Source: Eledone cirrhosa
Lineage: Eukaryota
Direction of reading: 5' to 3'
Assembly (NCBI GenBank): GCA_964016885.1
Contig: OZ024740.1
Location: 150,474,001 to 150,538,000, forward strand
DNA: 64,000 bases
Of the stretch, positions 25,933-39,995 are shown piece after piece. Each line of letters begins with the position of its first letter. Position 1 is the stretch's first letter. A model generated the notes under the pieces. That model made no database searches and had not been told where the DNA came from. It saw nothing but the letters and a program-made list of their open reading frames with translations. A program made the translations under genes and the position numbers.

Positions 25933-27835
25933 CCACGTGTGGCATGGTCGAGTCGTCAGCGACTAAACTGGCGACTCCACCAAACTTGCTTGGCGGGGAG
26001 GGTGAGTTTTGGATAACCTGGGGGATGAAAAACAAAACCCATCAAAAGGCGGAGGAACCGAGGAAATTTGTAAAAATCTGCAGCTGCGAAGTATAAAATA
26101 CTGGATTGATAATCAGCAAGGGATAGCTCACTTCAATTTTAAAGTTTGACGGCCGTTAAAGTCGTTTACGCCACCCTCTGGTGATGCTGTCTAAAAAAAA
26201 AACTACAAAAAAACTACAAAAAAACACCGCTTGTGGTGGAGTTTTAAAACAACTAACATCAACGAATGGAATGAATCAAAGCAATTATTTACATAAAGAC
26301 AGGAATGGTGCTGGAGGTTCTAGTGAATGTACCTCACTCGGAAGGGGTCCTGTGGGTGAGCAGCGCAGACCTGGTGGAAATCATGACACTGCCAGAATGG
26401 AGTGGAGTAAGGAGGTAAACAAGGATGTTATGGAACGTTATTTCAGAAGCAGGCCTGAATATGAAAATGGTGTGCTAGGAGAGTGTGGAGCATATGTGGA
26501 GAGTGTGGAGCATATGGAGCTCGGGATGTTGGAGATTCAAATAGTGATGAGAGTATGGAAAATAAGGACTCCTACGGGAAGAGGTGGAACAGAATATTCG
26601 AGATGATATGGAAGGTATCATTAACATTGATGAACTGAAGGACATATTAGAAAAAGACAAGCAGATGATTACTGATATATTGGAGATCTCTAAATTAGGA
26701 GGCAGTAATCCAAAATATTTTTTAAAAGCAAACCAACATAAGCTAGTAGATATAACTAACAAAGTAAACAACCCTTGACAAGGTGCCAAATAGAACCATC
26801 ACAGAAACCAACAATCTCATCAGCGCTGCATGTATCTACATTACTTAAGAGTTAATTCTGAAACAGACTACACAAAACCAGATCAAGGAACATGGTGGAA
26901 AGGAAGAATTGAAAGGGATATCGAAATACTTCGGAAAGATATCAAAACTCTGGAGAATGAAGACTACTGCGGTAACTGAAGAGCTTGAAACAAAAGGTAC
27001 TTGCCAAAGCTGCAAACAACGGGTGACGTAGTATGAATAGAATGTACGTTTCCAACAAAACCAGAAGAGATTTTATCAGGAGATAAAAGGCGTGGTTAGG
27101 GATGATGATATAATCCCTGGTACGAAGGAAAGTAAAAAATTTTGGAGTGATATCTGGAGTGCAGGAAAAGAGCTTAATAAAAGTGGGGATAATCAACAAG
27201 TAAAATTGGAGATAACGACTGATATGGTAACTATCCAGTGTAGAAAGATGCCAAATTGGAAAACTCCTGGCAGCGACGGGTGCAAGGGTTCTGGTTGAAA
27301 AAGCTGAGGAACCTTCATGGGAGAATTGCTAAATAAGATCTTGAATGGAGAAGAGAGGTTGCCAGAATGTCTAACCTTTGGGAGAACAGTCATGTGTTTG
27401 AAGGACCCCAGCAAAGAAAATGCAGTTGACAACTTAAGACCTGTGAAAGCTTATGACAGGTATCATTGCGCTGAGGCAATGTATGAAAACTTGGGAGAGA
27501 CACTAAATGAACAGCAGAAGGAATGTAAGAGAAGAAGCAGGGGGAACCAAGTATCAATTGTTGATTGAGAAGGAGACACACAAACCTTACCATGGCCTGG
27601 ATCGAAGGCATATGACATGGTGCCACATAGTTGGATAGTGGAATGTTTGGGAATATTTCGTATTGCAGCTAACGTTAGACAGTTTCTGGTGAGCTGTATG
27701 GAAGACTGAGCTGACATCATGTAGAGTGACGATCGGAGTTGTGAACAACAAGAGAGGAATGTTCCTGGGAGACAGCCTTTTGCCTTTGCTTTTTTTCATT
27801 AGTGTTGAGAAGGTCAAAAGCTGGTTACGAGTAGC
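25933..27835 (+). pseudogene. R4/Dong-clade LINE, decayed (5'UTR plus RT, 3' truncated)
   Basis: [101 protein letters not shown]. Confidence 0.85.
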
Positions 27836-28537
27836 GAGGACATTTGCCGTTGTTTATGTCCTTATGACATCATTTGTATGACAATTGATTGTGAAATGTA
27901 TATATTATCAAATTGTGCCTCAAGTGTCAGGTTGACACTCGGCATGATATGGGAAAGAAGCAAAATTCAAAGGATGGTTCAAATAATAACAATCACAAAG
28001 AATGACAGAATAACCGTAATTAGGTACAAGATAATACAGTACAAATAAAATTTTAAAAATATATAAGATAAAATAACTCTCATAACTTCGTAAATTTCTG
28101 TCATGTTCACAAAATGAAATGGAGATAGATAAGATAAATATGTTCGAAATGAATAGAGAAAACAGAGAGAAATAGGAAATATAGGAAATATACGTGTATT
28201 TAGGGGTATTTAGGGGTTATTTAACGGAATGTATTAAACTTTATAATCTAAAAGATTTTATGTATTATTTTAAGCCGTAGTAGAATGTTTGGGAACATTT
28301 CAAATATATAAAAGGACTTAAAGAAGAAATGTGAAATACATACATGGTACGAAAGCATGGTACGAAAGTGAGTATATATCTAGGATGAGGGATAACTTGT
28401 GGAAAACTGAAAGAAATAAGTGATTTGTAATAGAAATAAATAAAAGTAAATAAATAAATATAAAGGATAGTATATTTATATGTATGTATATATAATATGT
28501 AAGCGGGAATGAAGTATCGATTTAGCAGCATTTATTC

Positions 28538-28597
28538 ACATGTGTCGCGCGTTTCGCGATTGATTGGGCTTGACTCTAGAATCGATAGCTCATCATA
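28538..28597 (-). ncRNA. Degenerate hammerhead truncated by (TA)n
   Basis: Minus strand reads (a)TGATGA-GCTATCGATT..AATCAATCGC-GAAA-CGCGCG-AC; palindromic stem III, mutated triplet. Confidence 0.55.
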
Positions 28598-28732
28598 TAT
28601 ATATATATAGGTTAACAAGATATCGTTTAAAGAAATCCAAGTAGAGGTTATGAGTACTCACCGGAAAAATGAAATAATTGTTAATACTTTATATAAACAC
28701 TATTGTACAGCCGACCACGTTATTCTTCACTC

Positions 28733-28872
<140 letters not shown>

Positions 28873-29204
28873 GTTAAGCAATGAAACAACAAGAAACAAA
28901 AATGTTTTGCAATAGTTTCAGTTTGCAAATCAATGGTAAATATGGAACTCCATACACAAATATGAGAAAACCATCGCTAGAACAGCCGTTAAAACATCCA
29001 AATGGTGTCAAAGACAGCGATGGGCAAAAATGCCCTAAAGGATAGGGGCCAGCAGCTAGAGGTGATCGAAGAGATAATCCACCAGGTGGGTGACAGCCAG
29101 GTGAAATATAGAAAAGATTGAAAGAGGAAGAGGACATGGAGAAGTGTATTGGCGCACAGAAGTAACCGGAAGAGGAAACAAAGAAAGGTGCTGTACAAGA
29201 CAAG

Positions 29205-29331
<127 letters not shown>

Positions 29332-30015
29332 ACATCTTCACCCTCATCAGCTCTCAAACTAGCTAAATGGTTTCGCACGATTTAATTGAGAGTACCATTT
29401 TAGAATGCTGGATCATGCAACGGAAAAATAAATCTTTCTGATGGTATAACGTGTGTGATGAAACAAACAGGACAGACAGAAGGGCGAAAGAAAAGAAAGG
29501 AAAGGAAAAAAGATTTATTTTTCTGTCATGCATAGTTTGTAGTGTTGGCGACAGTACTTTGACATCTCACTTCTACCATGACTACCAACGTTATTTTCCA
29601 ATTCAAGAAAGCGTTTGAATATAAGTTTGAAATCAGAGGCAACGGAGAGGAATTCCAGCTAGATCCTGCCAACAACATCTCCACACGGTTTAAATACACA
29701 AGTTTCCAATTTCCGAATGGCTAAATGTCAGCAGAAGCGCACCCATGAGTCATGACCTGGATGTGGCCCGGCCCCCTTAGAGTGTAAGAAGTTAATGGCT
29801 GATACACTCACTTGAGCGGGGTTTCTTCTCTGAAGTCCAGCTCTCCTGAGAATTTCTTACCTCTCTCTCTCTATATATATATATATAACACAAAGAAAGT
29901 GTGGTAAGAAACCAAGGGGACCATAACACACCAGAGTACTCGGTACTTAGGGTAGTAGAGTGGGTAATAGGAAAAGAGTCAGGACACCGACGGCTGAGCT
30001 CAGTCGTCAAGGTCT

Positions 30016-30077
<62 letters not shown>

Positions 30078-30384
30078 GGAACTTGCTTGTTAAATGAATG
30101 TTATAAACTGCTAGATGTGCTGCCAGTCACACAGTGATAAGGCTGTAATTATAAATCACCAATTACGTAAATGTGCCCGCAGTTCAGATAGCCCGGAGCC
30201 CACTGAAAGATCAAACATCACTTAAAGTAGCTATGTTCAATTATTTCTTAACTCTGAAATATACAGCTTTGTTGTTTTATAAGAAAAATTGTAGCGGACC
30301 TTGGGGGGAAATTTCGCGGCTTAATCAGAAACAATTACTAAATATCAAAGATCAATATGACATTTAACATGTTTTATTTATAAG

Positions 30385-30488
<104 letters not shown>

Positions 30489-30924
30489 ATATACATATAT
30501 ATATGAACTTATATTATAAAAAATGATTTGTACAGTATTTAATTACATATATACATCACAGAAAATCGACTCCATTTAACAAATGAAAATTCCAAAATGG
30601 AATATTTTAGTCATTTGAGGATAAACAATAATTTTCGTAAAAATTTATTCCTCTCTTTCTCTCTGTTGCGTGCGCTTACACACACGCACACGCACACCCA
30701 CTCACAAACATACACACTTAGAATTTCCTTTCCACACTTGTTACAGCATGGGATTTTGATGTTGGAGCCACTACACTCTACGTTACTCTCTTTCTTTTGT
30801 ATACATTGTTACTAATTCTTTTCCACAGCGTGATAGACGTAATTCCTCTTTTAGTTCTCTCGCGCTCCTTCCCTCTCTCTCTCATTCCCTTTCCTCTCCT
30901 CTCTCTTCTCTCTCACCCCCTTTA

Positions 30925-31031
30925 CATGGCCAGAAATTTGAGTGGGAGTAGAAAGTCGATTAAATCAACCCAGTCCTTGATTGGTACTTAATTTGATCGA
31001 CTCCGGGAAAATGAATGGCAAAGTTAACCTA
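30925..31031 (-). mobile_element. SINE fragment (further fragments at 16975-17050, 34102-34214, 40926-40988, 42982-43020)
   Basis: GGCCAG.AATTT..AGTCGATTAAAT..CCCAG..GGTACTT..ATGAA.GGCAAAGTTAACCT. Confidence 0.7.
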
Positions 31032-31774
31032 GTTACTAGACTTCATATTAAATTCAACCCTTAGGTTAGATTTTAGCCCCGTTTTCTCTATCGAGTTTCT
31101 TAGTAACTTAGTATACGTATGAAGTGGGCTTTCTTAAGGAGTGGGAGATTGTATTTGAATTGTTCTTGTGGAGACTACCCAGAAACTTTCTGGTATTATT
31201 TGTTTCAATGTAAAAACTACCAGTCCGAGGGAGAGGATATTTTAAGCTGTTTTTTTTTTTTTTAAATACCTTCAAAGATTGGGGTGCAATATGCTGCCAA
31301 AGATCTACCAGCCACAAATAAAATATTCTATTACATGAAGGCTACGAAACGATTCATAAAAACAAACCCCCCAAAAAAACAAACAAACATTTAACTGTTT
31401 CAGAGCTGTACTTGTCATTTTTCTTTCTCTGTCACTTGTTTTTGTTTAATTATAAGGGGTATTGGATATATTTCCCTGGTTGTCAGAGCTTACCAGCTCT
31501 ACATGGACATTTAAACTCATTGAATAGATAATAAATGATCAATAAATAGTTGGAATGATAGCTAGCCAAGAGAATCAACAAGGAAACCGTGCTACATGTT
31601 AAGACAAACTATAAATTGTACTAAAAAATCAAATGTAATTTTCTCCGCTTTATCAGTAGTGAGTTACCATGCGTTACAGGTGATCAGTGTTGACCGATGG
31701 AACAATGAGACCTCAACAGAGAAAATATTTAAAAAGTGGTATATAGGCACTAAATTTTAACAGAACACATAATA

Positions 31775-31978
31775 CAGGGTGTATAAAAAAGGCTATATTT
31801 CAAAAAGCTATATATTTTTAAACAAATAACTATACAATCATGCGGTAACTTGTACAAAACATGTCTGAAATTTTATTATATTTTTATAACATTTATACAT
31901 TTTTATAAAGTTATGTACATATTGAGCATTTGTAAAAATTGTAAATAAAATCGGATAATTCCTTTGATACACCCTATG
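31775..31978. mobile_element. Tc1/mariner-type MITE
   Basis: TA|CAGGGTGTATAAAA ... TTTGATACACCCT(A)TG|TA terminal inverted repeats. Confidence 0.65.
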
Positions 31979-31988
31979 TACTAACCTG

Positions 31989-32035
<47 letters not shown>

Positions 32036-32364
32036 CGTTCCTGAAAACTTGGACAACTTGACATGAAGTGTCTGTAACCATCTCTATAATATTGCTACAG
32101 GCTTGCGTGCTCACCAAATGGAATAATGATAGGACATTTTCTTTGCTGAAATCTACTAACCGGTTCTTGTTTGGGATCTGCTTTTGCTTAATCTTCTGAT
32201 GAAGACGAACACGTCCTTTTTGACGAGGGACCCCATTTTGGTCTACGGATTTTATATATATTTACTTATATATAATCCTTATCGAGCCCTCTTCGGATTT
32301 TAGTCGCCACATTTTTTATTATTACCATATATATATATATATGCGAACTCGCAGCATCACTATG

Positions 32365-32474
32365 GAAACGTCTTGTTGAGTCAAACTAAGCCACGCGTTA
32401 ATACTATCCACTACACGAACTACTCCAACTGAACTACATCTAAGTGGACTGCCTATAACGATAACCTGTTACCC

Positions 32475-32572
<98 letters not shown>

Positions 32573-32680
32573 GATAACAAAATATTGTTATAGGTAATCC
32601 AGTTAGAGGTTGTGAATACTCCGTATTGTGGATAGTTTTAGCGTACGGCGTTGTTTGACTCAACAAGACGTGTTCGAAAG
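32365..32680. mobile_element. Two diverged copies of one tail family facing each other across a (TA)n tract
   Basis: ACGTCTTGTTGAGTCAAAC..ACTATCCAC..CCTATAAC (32368-32475) versus the reverse complement of 32570-32672. Confidence 0.7.
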
Positions 32681-32954
32681 TTCTTATTGTATTTGCCATT
32701 TTATTTGTCACAATCACGTGATTGGACATATAATATAGGCGGCAGAAATGGGTGGTTAGTCATAGAAAGTTCTGTGCCAGACGAAAGATAATGGTCAAGA
32801 AATGTGAGAGGCAGGGGGATTAGTTCTGGTTCAGTGACTATGGCTGATGGACTGAGGTGTCAAAATTCAGACTTTCTACGGAAATAAATTGAATGTTTTT
32901 GTCGATAGTGATGGCGGCGGCGATGGTATGCACATATATATGTATGTATGTATG

Positions 32955-32996
<42 letters not shown>

Positions 32997-33007
32997 ATAT
33001 ATATATA

Positions 33008-33106
<99 letters not shown>

Positions 33107-33147
33107 CACATGAACACCACCACACACATATGTATATATTATATATA

Positions 33148-33357
33148 ATAAGGAAAGTGGGAAGCTCGGTGTAGATGTTTAAAAATCATCTATTCTTTAT
33201 TAATAAAGCTGTGATACATATTTCAAAGGCAATCCAATCTAAAGACAAGTGAACGGACAGATATCATTGCCGATGTTCGCTCCCTTGTCTTTAGATTAGA
33301 TTGCCTGATGATATCGCGTGACAGCTTGTCTACACCGAACTTCGCACTTTCCTTATT
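33148..33357. mobile_element. Internally deleted fold-back relative of 10985-12013
   Basis: AATAAGGAAAGTG.GAAG.TCGGTGTAGA arms and GGCAATC.AATCTAAAGACAAG inner arms. The left arm keeps the GAAA half and the right arm keeps the CTGATGA half of the HHR. Confidence 0.7.
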
Positions 33358-33494
33358 CTACATATGCTCCGCCACTGATTGACAAATTATATTTGGAAGA
33401 AAATACAATAGCATTGAGTGCTTAAATCGAATTGTATCAATATTCACTGATCTGTTTGTTGCCTACGCAACCCTGATTAATCAACATGTTTTCC

Positions 33495-33532
<38 letters not shown>

Positions 33533-33533
<1 letters not shown>

Positions 33534-34091
33534 CTTTATATATATAAAAGCGAGGATGTGTGTGTCTGTGTACAACTTGGCATGCATAAGGCTTTCACAA
33601 TTACCAACTGAATTTGACCAAATTTTCTGTGCACGTTGCACAGGTCGCTAAGATTGTTACGTCACAAACATTATTCAAATCGGCCCACGTTGAGCAAAAA
33701 AAAATCGATATCAATATTATCGGTAGAAAAATTGATGTAAGGGAGATAACAAACTTTATTGACAATCCTTATAAAAAAGTGAATAACCTTTTCACCAAAT
33801 ATGCCCCGAATTAACTTTTTGTACTTTAGCAAAACTGCCTGTTTTTTTTACAGATTTGCAACGTGTATTGTCTTTAATCAATTGTATAACTACATCCTGT
33901 TCAGTGTTTTCCTTCATTATCAGCATAGTTTTATGTGTACAAAGATTGCACTAAATATTCGTTTGCATTAATTATTGAAGACTTCTGCTTATTTTGACAG
34001 GTTTGGGACAAATAATGTTCTTCTTTTACTTCCTAGCTGTATATTCTTAGCATAATTTCAAACCCCGAGCAACGCCGGGTAAATCTGCTAG
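33533..34091 (+). mobile_element. Non-autonomous Helitron
   Basis: A|TC 5' end, subterminal hairpin CCCG-AGCAACG-CCGGG, 3' CTAG|T. A second lone 3' end is at 34288-34314. Confidence 0.85.
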
Positions 34092-34568
34092 TATATATAA
34101 TTGTTTCTACGTTTGGCACAAGGCCATCAATTATCCCAGTATATTACTGGTGCTTTATTTTATCGACCCCGTAAGGATGAACGGCAAAGTTAACCTCTGT
34201 GGGATTTGAACTCAACAAATGTATTTATTTCACGAGGCTCGATAAGGATAAATATATATCAAATATATAAGAACCCTAGAGAAAATTCCGAGTAACGCCG
34301 AGTCATTCTGCTAGTAATTATTAAGGCCAATTACTACAACAGCGCCATACAAATAACGTGCGTTTCATTGGGTCAGAGGGCCAACTTGTTCAACCTGTAC
34401 CGATGGAAATGGCCCGGATAATTTATGTGAAAACTAGTGTGGTGGGGATAAGAATGGGACTAGCGGAGGGTAGGTTGACTACTTGAGAGATGGTGAAGTA
34501 AACAGACTGATAAATAGAAGAATAAGAGATATTCAAATACAGAGAGAGAGAGAGAGAGAGAGATAGAT

Positions 34569-34624
<56 letters not shown>

Positions 34625-34994
34625 GAATATCGAGCAAAACTAGGTATGGGGATGGAATCATTTGACAAGAGCGGGTGGTGACGCCTAATACATAACGTAC
34701 CTGGATGAACTTTGCTTGAGGTCATCATTAAAGCTTCCATATTAAAACATAGTTCCACTCTCGTTGTTGTTGTTCTTGCTTTAGATAATATCTTCGTTTT
34801 ATTCTTATTTCATTTCTAATTGTATTATACTTGTATACTTGTTAGAAACAAATTTTATTTACAGAAAGAAATTATATAAAGCAATAAGGAAATGAAGAAT
34901 AGAAGAAAAAAGAAAAATTAAACTGAAAATAAGAGTTAAACAACGAAAGGAAGGGGAGGGAGCGACAAACTTTACATCCCAATTAAGCAGTATG

Positions 34995-37000
34995 TATCAG
35001 CTGTGTCCTGCAGACAAAATGGTGACGGCATTGCCATGGAGAACGGTCAACGATGACCGCTACAACAGTCACTCCGCTTGACAGGGCTCGTTCCTTAAGG
35101 GTGTATGTCATTTTCCCGATTTTGCGAAGGAAAATGGTAGTTCGGGGACCACGACAACTGGTGTGAAGAGGGAACGATCTGTTGAATCCCGGTATTTGGT
35201 AAATTTCCTCCCCACTGCATTACGGGTGGCAGAGCCTGGATTTGCGGCCGAAGCGACAAGGTAGGTGGCAGAGAACAAGTTAGAGTATGTGGCATCCTCG
35301 ATTATGGATTTACCTCCCTCGAATTGAAAGAGAGTTATCCCGTCTGGGGGTTTACTATCGCCACGATTGAGGCCATATGGCTCCTGTTGTGATAGAAAAC
35401 CATTAAGCCACCTTAGGATTATGTCATTCAGAGCTGCGGGTCGGGGGAACTGCCCTGCGTCAAGGCGACAGGATAGCGGGTGCAGACCGAACTTGTCAAC
35501 AATAGTTCCACAACAGCATCTGTGTGGCTCAAACACCCGGAGGCCGAGGCGCTAGGCCTCTCTGATGCGAGTGAGTGTGTTCGTCATCAAGAAGGGTACC
35601 AGTTGATGAGGAGGTCACCGAAATGAGTCACGCGCCATGGTTGGCTGCGAAGTGGAACAAAAGCAAGTGAGACGGTGTTGGTCCAAAGAAAACTTGAGCC
35701 GCTTGAAAGTTGACCTGCACTTGATATTATCCCAGTTCCGCTGGGTATCTACACACTGGGAGACAGCGAGGCTTTCGTCTCGCTAATAGTCCAGAGCCGA
35801 CTCTAGTTTACGGGTAATGTATAGATCTGAAGTCTTGTGGAGGATCTCGTTGATGAGGTTGCGGTTTGAGGAGAGTGAGAATAAGTAGGCTGGTAGTACT
35901 AGATAGGAAGTGCCTCGGAGGCCGAGGCCATCGAAATTTACGGGGAGGTTCGCCAGTTGCTAGCTGGCGTTGTCAAATCTGATATTGCAGATGAGTCCAG
36001 CATTGTGTCGGATGGCAGCGTTGAGTTCCATGTGGCAGTCCCTGTAAAGTTAACAGGGTGCACTGCGGAATGTGATGAGTATTCTGGGGATGGCATGACA
36101 TTTATTAAAAAGGAAGAGTGCCGGATGTGTGTTAATGTGGTGCAGTCTCTCCGTCAAGAGAGCCCGGAGAGCATACATGCTCTCCAGGCTCTCTGATATG
36201 GCTTTCGAGAGGATTGGAGTGTCAAGGCTGAAGGCCTCGGCTTTTGGTGTTAGCCGAGCCCCAGGCAAGAGACTTTGAATTTTGAATATGGGGTCTAGAA
36301 ATTCAGCTTCTTAGTAGCTTACATTTATCACTTCGAACTCAATTTGGTTGAATTCGTGTCCGAGGTGCGAAAGGGCTGTGATGTCGTTGACAGCCAGCAA
36401 AAAAAAAAAAAAAGGAGCTGGTCACCTTCTTGGATACCGGAAGCAGATGTGATCTTATTTTCAGCAGCAATAAGTGTTTGGGGAGTCCAATAAGAGAAAT
36501 GTGAAAGAGGGAATATAGCTGGAGCCTGACCTAGTCACGTTTCTAGACTGTGTCATGTTTAACAGTGTTAAAGGCGTTTCGCATGTCTAACTTGACTAGG
36601 AAACGGGGTAACGAAGGTGGTGTGTGCTTAATGACGTCTCTGGCTGCATGAGAGACCACCTCACATCCGCACTTGACACACACTCCGAGCTTGACAGCAT
36701 TTAGTACGTTGTTTAGGACCTCCGCGACTGACCTGCGGGCTATGTTGACCACGAGACGTCGAAAGACTGTTTTCACAGTAATGGGAGGGATGCTTCCGTC
36801 ATTCTTCTTCAGTAGAGTCAAATTATCTGAGAAGAAAATATCGCGGGCATGACGGAGGGGGGGGGGGAATTGCCTCGGAGAAGACTGTTTTTTAGTGCAG
36901 TAATCGATTGAAGCAAACGGACTCCCGTCTCAACAAGATGTGGCTAGATTACATCTTTGAGGCGGCAAGGTCGCAGGCCATCTAATCTGAAAAATCGGTT
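34995..37000 (-). pseudogene. CRE-clade LINE (RT plus restriction-like endonuclease), decayed; may extend to ~37300
   Basis: DGLRP, LKKNDGSIPPITV..VFRRLV, LGVCVKCGCE..HAAR, VKLDMRNAFN, SGIQEGD, CCCG..H.LSC..R..ALND, GLNRGDSKPPDG, DAT, KY..F.PV, HGNA. Confidence 0.88.
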
Positions 37001-37489
37001 CCAGTCTTGCGGGCTTGCAGTCAGTAGAATGTGGCCATACTGGGGCACTACATTGATTTAGTTAATCATATCGACTCGTCTTCTCAATGATGCCTGTGTA
37101 GTGCACGCTACATGTGAATGGAGTTCCATTGAAGCAGGTTAATACGGGGCCGTATTCACGAGTGATAGAAGGTAAGAGGTTGAATTAAATGCCAGAATTG
37201 CAGGAAATGGTGAAGTAATGCGCCAGCTTCGGCATTTGGTAATTGAAAGAATACGACCGTGAATACAAGTAGCCAAAATGGGATTACTCCGAAGAGGCTA
37301 TGGAATAACGTTACTCGATAGAGATCGTAACTCAGATATTTACTTCAGGTAGAGCCGCTACTTCTCCGAATTGAGAAATCACAGCTCCGATACTCTGGGC
37401 ATGTGGTTAGAATGTCTCAGGAAAGAATTGCTGGACAGATTTTACGGGCATAACCAACCAACAGGAGACTTAGTGGGGTAAATATTAAC

Positions 37490-39995
37490 TGGTTGAAGAT
37501 ATTATCCGTAATTATAGTAAGCGACTTCCACTGCACACCTCCCCACAACAGGCTACTGGAGGAGTTCGAGAATGAGATGATTAACATTATCTCCAACCTC
37601 AAATTCTCCCGCCACCCACCCAGGAGTCGGGAGTACATGAGCTACCTGGGAAAAGAGATTGACAAGCTTAAGGAGGCGATCGGAATACTTGTCCATGCAG
37701 ATAAAATCAGCAACCTCTACAGCATGGACGTAAAACTGCATAATAAGCTAATTCTCAGGGGTCTGAGAAAGAGCTACAAAAAAGCACCTGGAGTTACCCT
37801 GGAGGAGATCAACGCCAATGCTTACAGGATAGTATCCGGACTCGGCATGATAGCACGGCCCCGTACCAACCAAGGGAGCCGAGGATTACCACTAAAGATC
37901 ACAAGCCCAACTTTGAGACTGACCGCCCGGTTAGACTAATAGCCCCTTTCGGGTCGGACTTGGGGATCGTCAGTAAAAGCATATTCGATAGGATTTTACC
38001 AACGCTTAGGAAAGAAACTAAATTACAGCAATGGTTATGCACAGGCGGGGTAATAGAGTGGTTTACACTATTATCTGAGAACAATAGGACTAGCTTTATC
38101 CAACTGGATATTGCTGGTTACTACTCCCCAATCTCGCCCATAGTACTTAATAAGGCGCTTATTTTAGCGATGTCTAATACAGACCTAGCCCGCGAAGAGG
38201 TGGGCATCATCCGCGCCGCTCGAAAGACCTTGATCCGTTTCGGTGGGGACCTCGGGACCAGGAGTGATTGGCCAAATAACTGGGCTCCAGCGACTCTGCG
38301 CAGGTAACGGACCTGGTTGGGCTTTTCCTGCTGAAGCAGATAAAAAAGGATATCTCCTGCCTCGGCGGTGGATTATACTGTGACGATACCCTCTTCACCG
38401 TCTATGACCACAGTATCACTATGGTGGAGGGAATGAAAAGGCGAATTAGGCATTTTTTTTTAGGAATCATGGGCTCAGTATCGAATTAGACCCCAATAGA
38501 AAGGTAGTTAACTTCCTAGACACCACCCTAAACCTGATCACTGAGCAATACTACCTCTATGACAAGCCCAACGAGAAGCTGGTATATGTTAACGCTAAGT
38601 CAAACCACCCTAGATCCATCATTAAGGCCGTAGTCAAGAGTGTCTCGGACAGGATTTCCAATTTGTTCGCAAATAAGGAGATCTTCGATAGCAACGCGAG
38701 TATTATAATGGAGCTCTAGATAAGGCGGCTCATGGCCAAACTATATCTTATAACCCAAGGCGCCATAATAGAGATGGCCGACCGGGCCTCCCGACCCGCG
38801 GTATCCGGGAGGGGGAAAACCCTAACAGTACAGGCAGGTTTGAAGCCACTAAACCCCTGAACACGGCACCACCACATTAGCGAAAAGGACGCATACGCCT
38901 AGCCATGGTAGGAAACCCAGTACGCGAGGTGGTCTCAGGGGTGATACTAACCACCGCGGGCCCAACGCTCCCAACCGCGAGGGATGGAGACGCGATGGAT
39001 GGAGACACGAATATGGAGACACGAACCGGGATGGATGGAGAAACATCCCAGTGTAGAACTCCAGGCGTGGGCACACATCAACCCACCGGTACGGGCCGAA
39101 TAGCTAGCAAAACCCATAACGCCAAAAGAGACAGCAACAATGCGTGAACCAGTAGCACCGAAACAACTCCACAACGGCCCACAGCACGCTCAACCCACCC
39201 ACATAGGAATAGACTAAGAAAGATTACGTGGTACAATCCATCCTACTCAGCGAGCCTGAAGACCAGCCTGGCCCAGTCATTCTTTAGGGTACTGGATAAA
39301 TGCTTCCCGAGGAACCACAGATACCGCAAGATCTTCAACATGCACACGGTGAAGCTCTCGTATTCTACTACGCGCAACGTAGCCCAGCACATAGCTAGCA
39401 TCAATAGGAGGAGACTTAGGAACTACGCACAGCCAGCAGCTGACCCTATAGGCACCCAGCAGAGCCCTGAGGGGGTGAACGGTGGACCCGGGACCGACCC
39501 GAGGAACCCCAACCGACCCAGGGACTCTGCACCTAGCCCAGAGATCAACCACCCCAAACAACGCAACGGGGAATTCACAATAGGCATTCAGGGTCGACCA
39601 CTTCCTGCAATTGCAGAAACCCCACATTATGACCCCCTTGGTAATGAATGCCTAATGAAGAACTTAGTGTACGGATGTAGAGTTACAACCCCCAACTCTG
39701 AGCACCTTTACATAGGAGCCACATCGACGAGCTTCAAAACAGATGGCATAACCATCGCCATTCCTTTAATAGGGAGGACAAGAGGAAAAGTACGGCTCTT
39801 TCTGAATTGATCTAGAAGCTCAAGTTACAGGACACCATACTCTCTGGCCTGGTCCAAGATTAGGAAAGTACCACCTGACAGAGGGGGATCTGGCATCTGC
39901 AACCTCTGTCTGAGCGAGACCCACGAGATACTCAGTGGTGGGAGTTGCCTAATCAACCTCAGAACCGATTCTTTGGTACCTGTAGACACCTTAGG
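37490..39995 (+). pseudogene. Neptune-type Penelope-like element (RT, Cys-rich linker, GIY-YIG), decayed
   Basis: VHADKISNLY, KDHKPNF, SDLGIVSK, YCDD, VNFLD, SNHP, KITWYNPSYS, KLSYSTTRNV, CNC..PLGNEC..NLVY..YIGATSTSFK, CNLCLSE. Confidence 0.9.

Noticed and set aside
28890-29170. Possible RTE 3' coding remnant
   Set aside because: Too decayed to assign with confidence.
33300-33330. Apparent 16 bp micro-inversion of a hammerhead core
   Set aside because: Comparison with 10985-12013 shows two deletions in the inverted arm explain it more simply.
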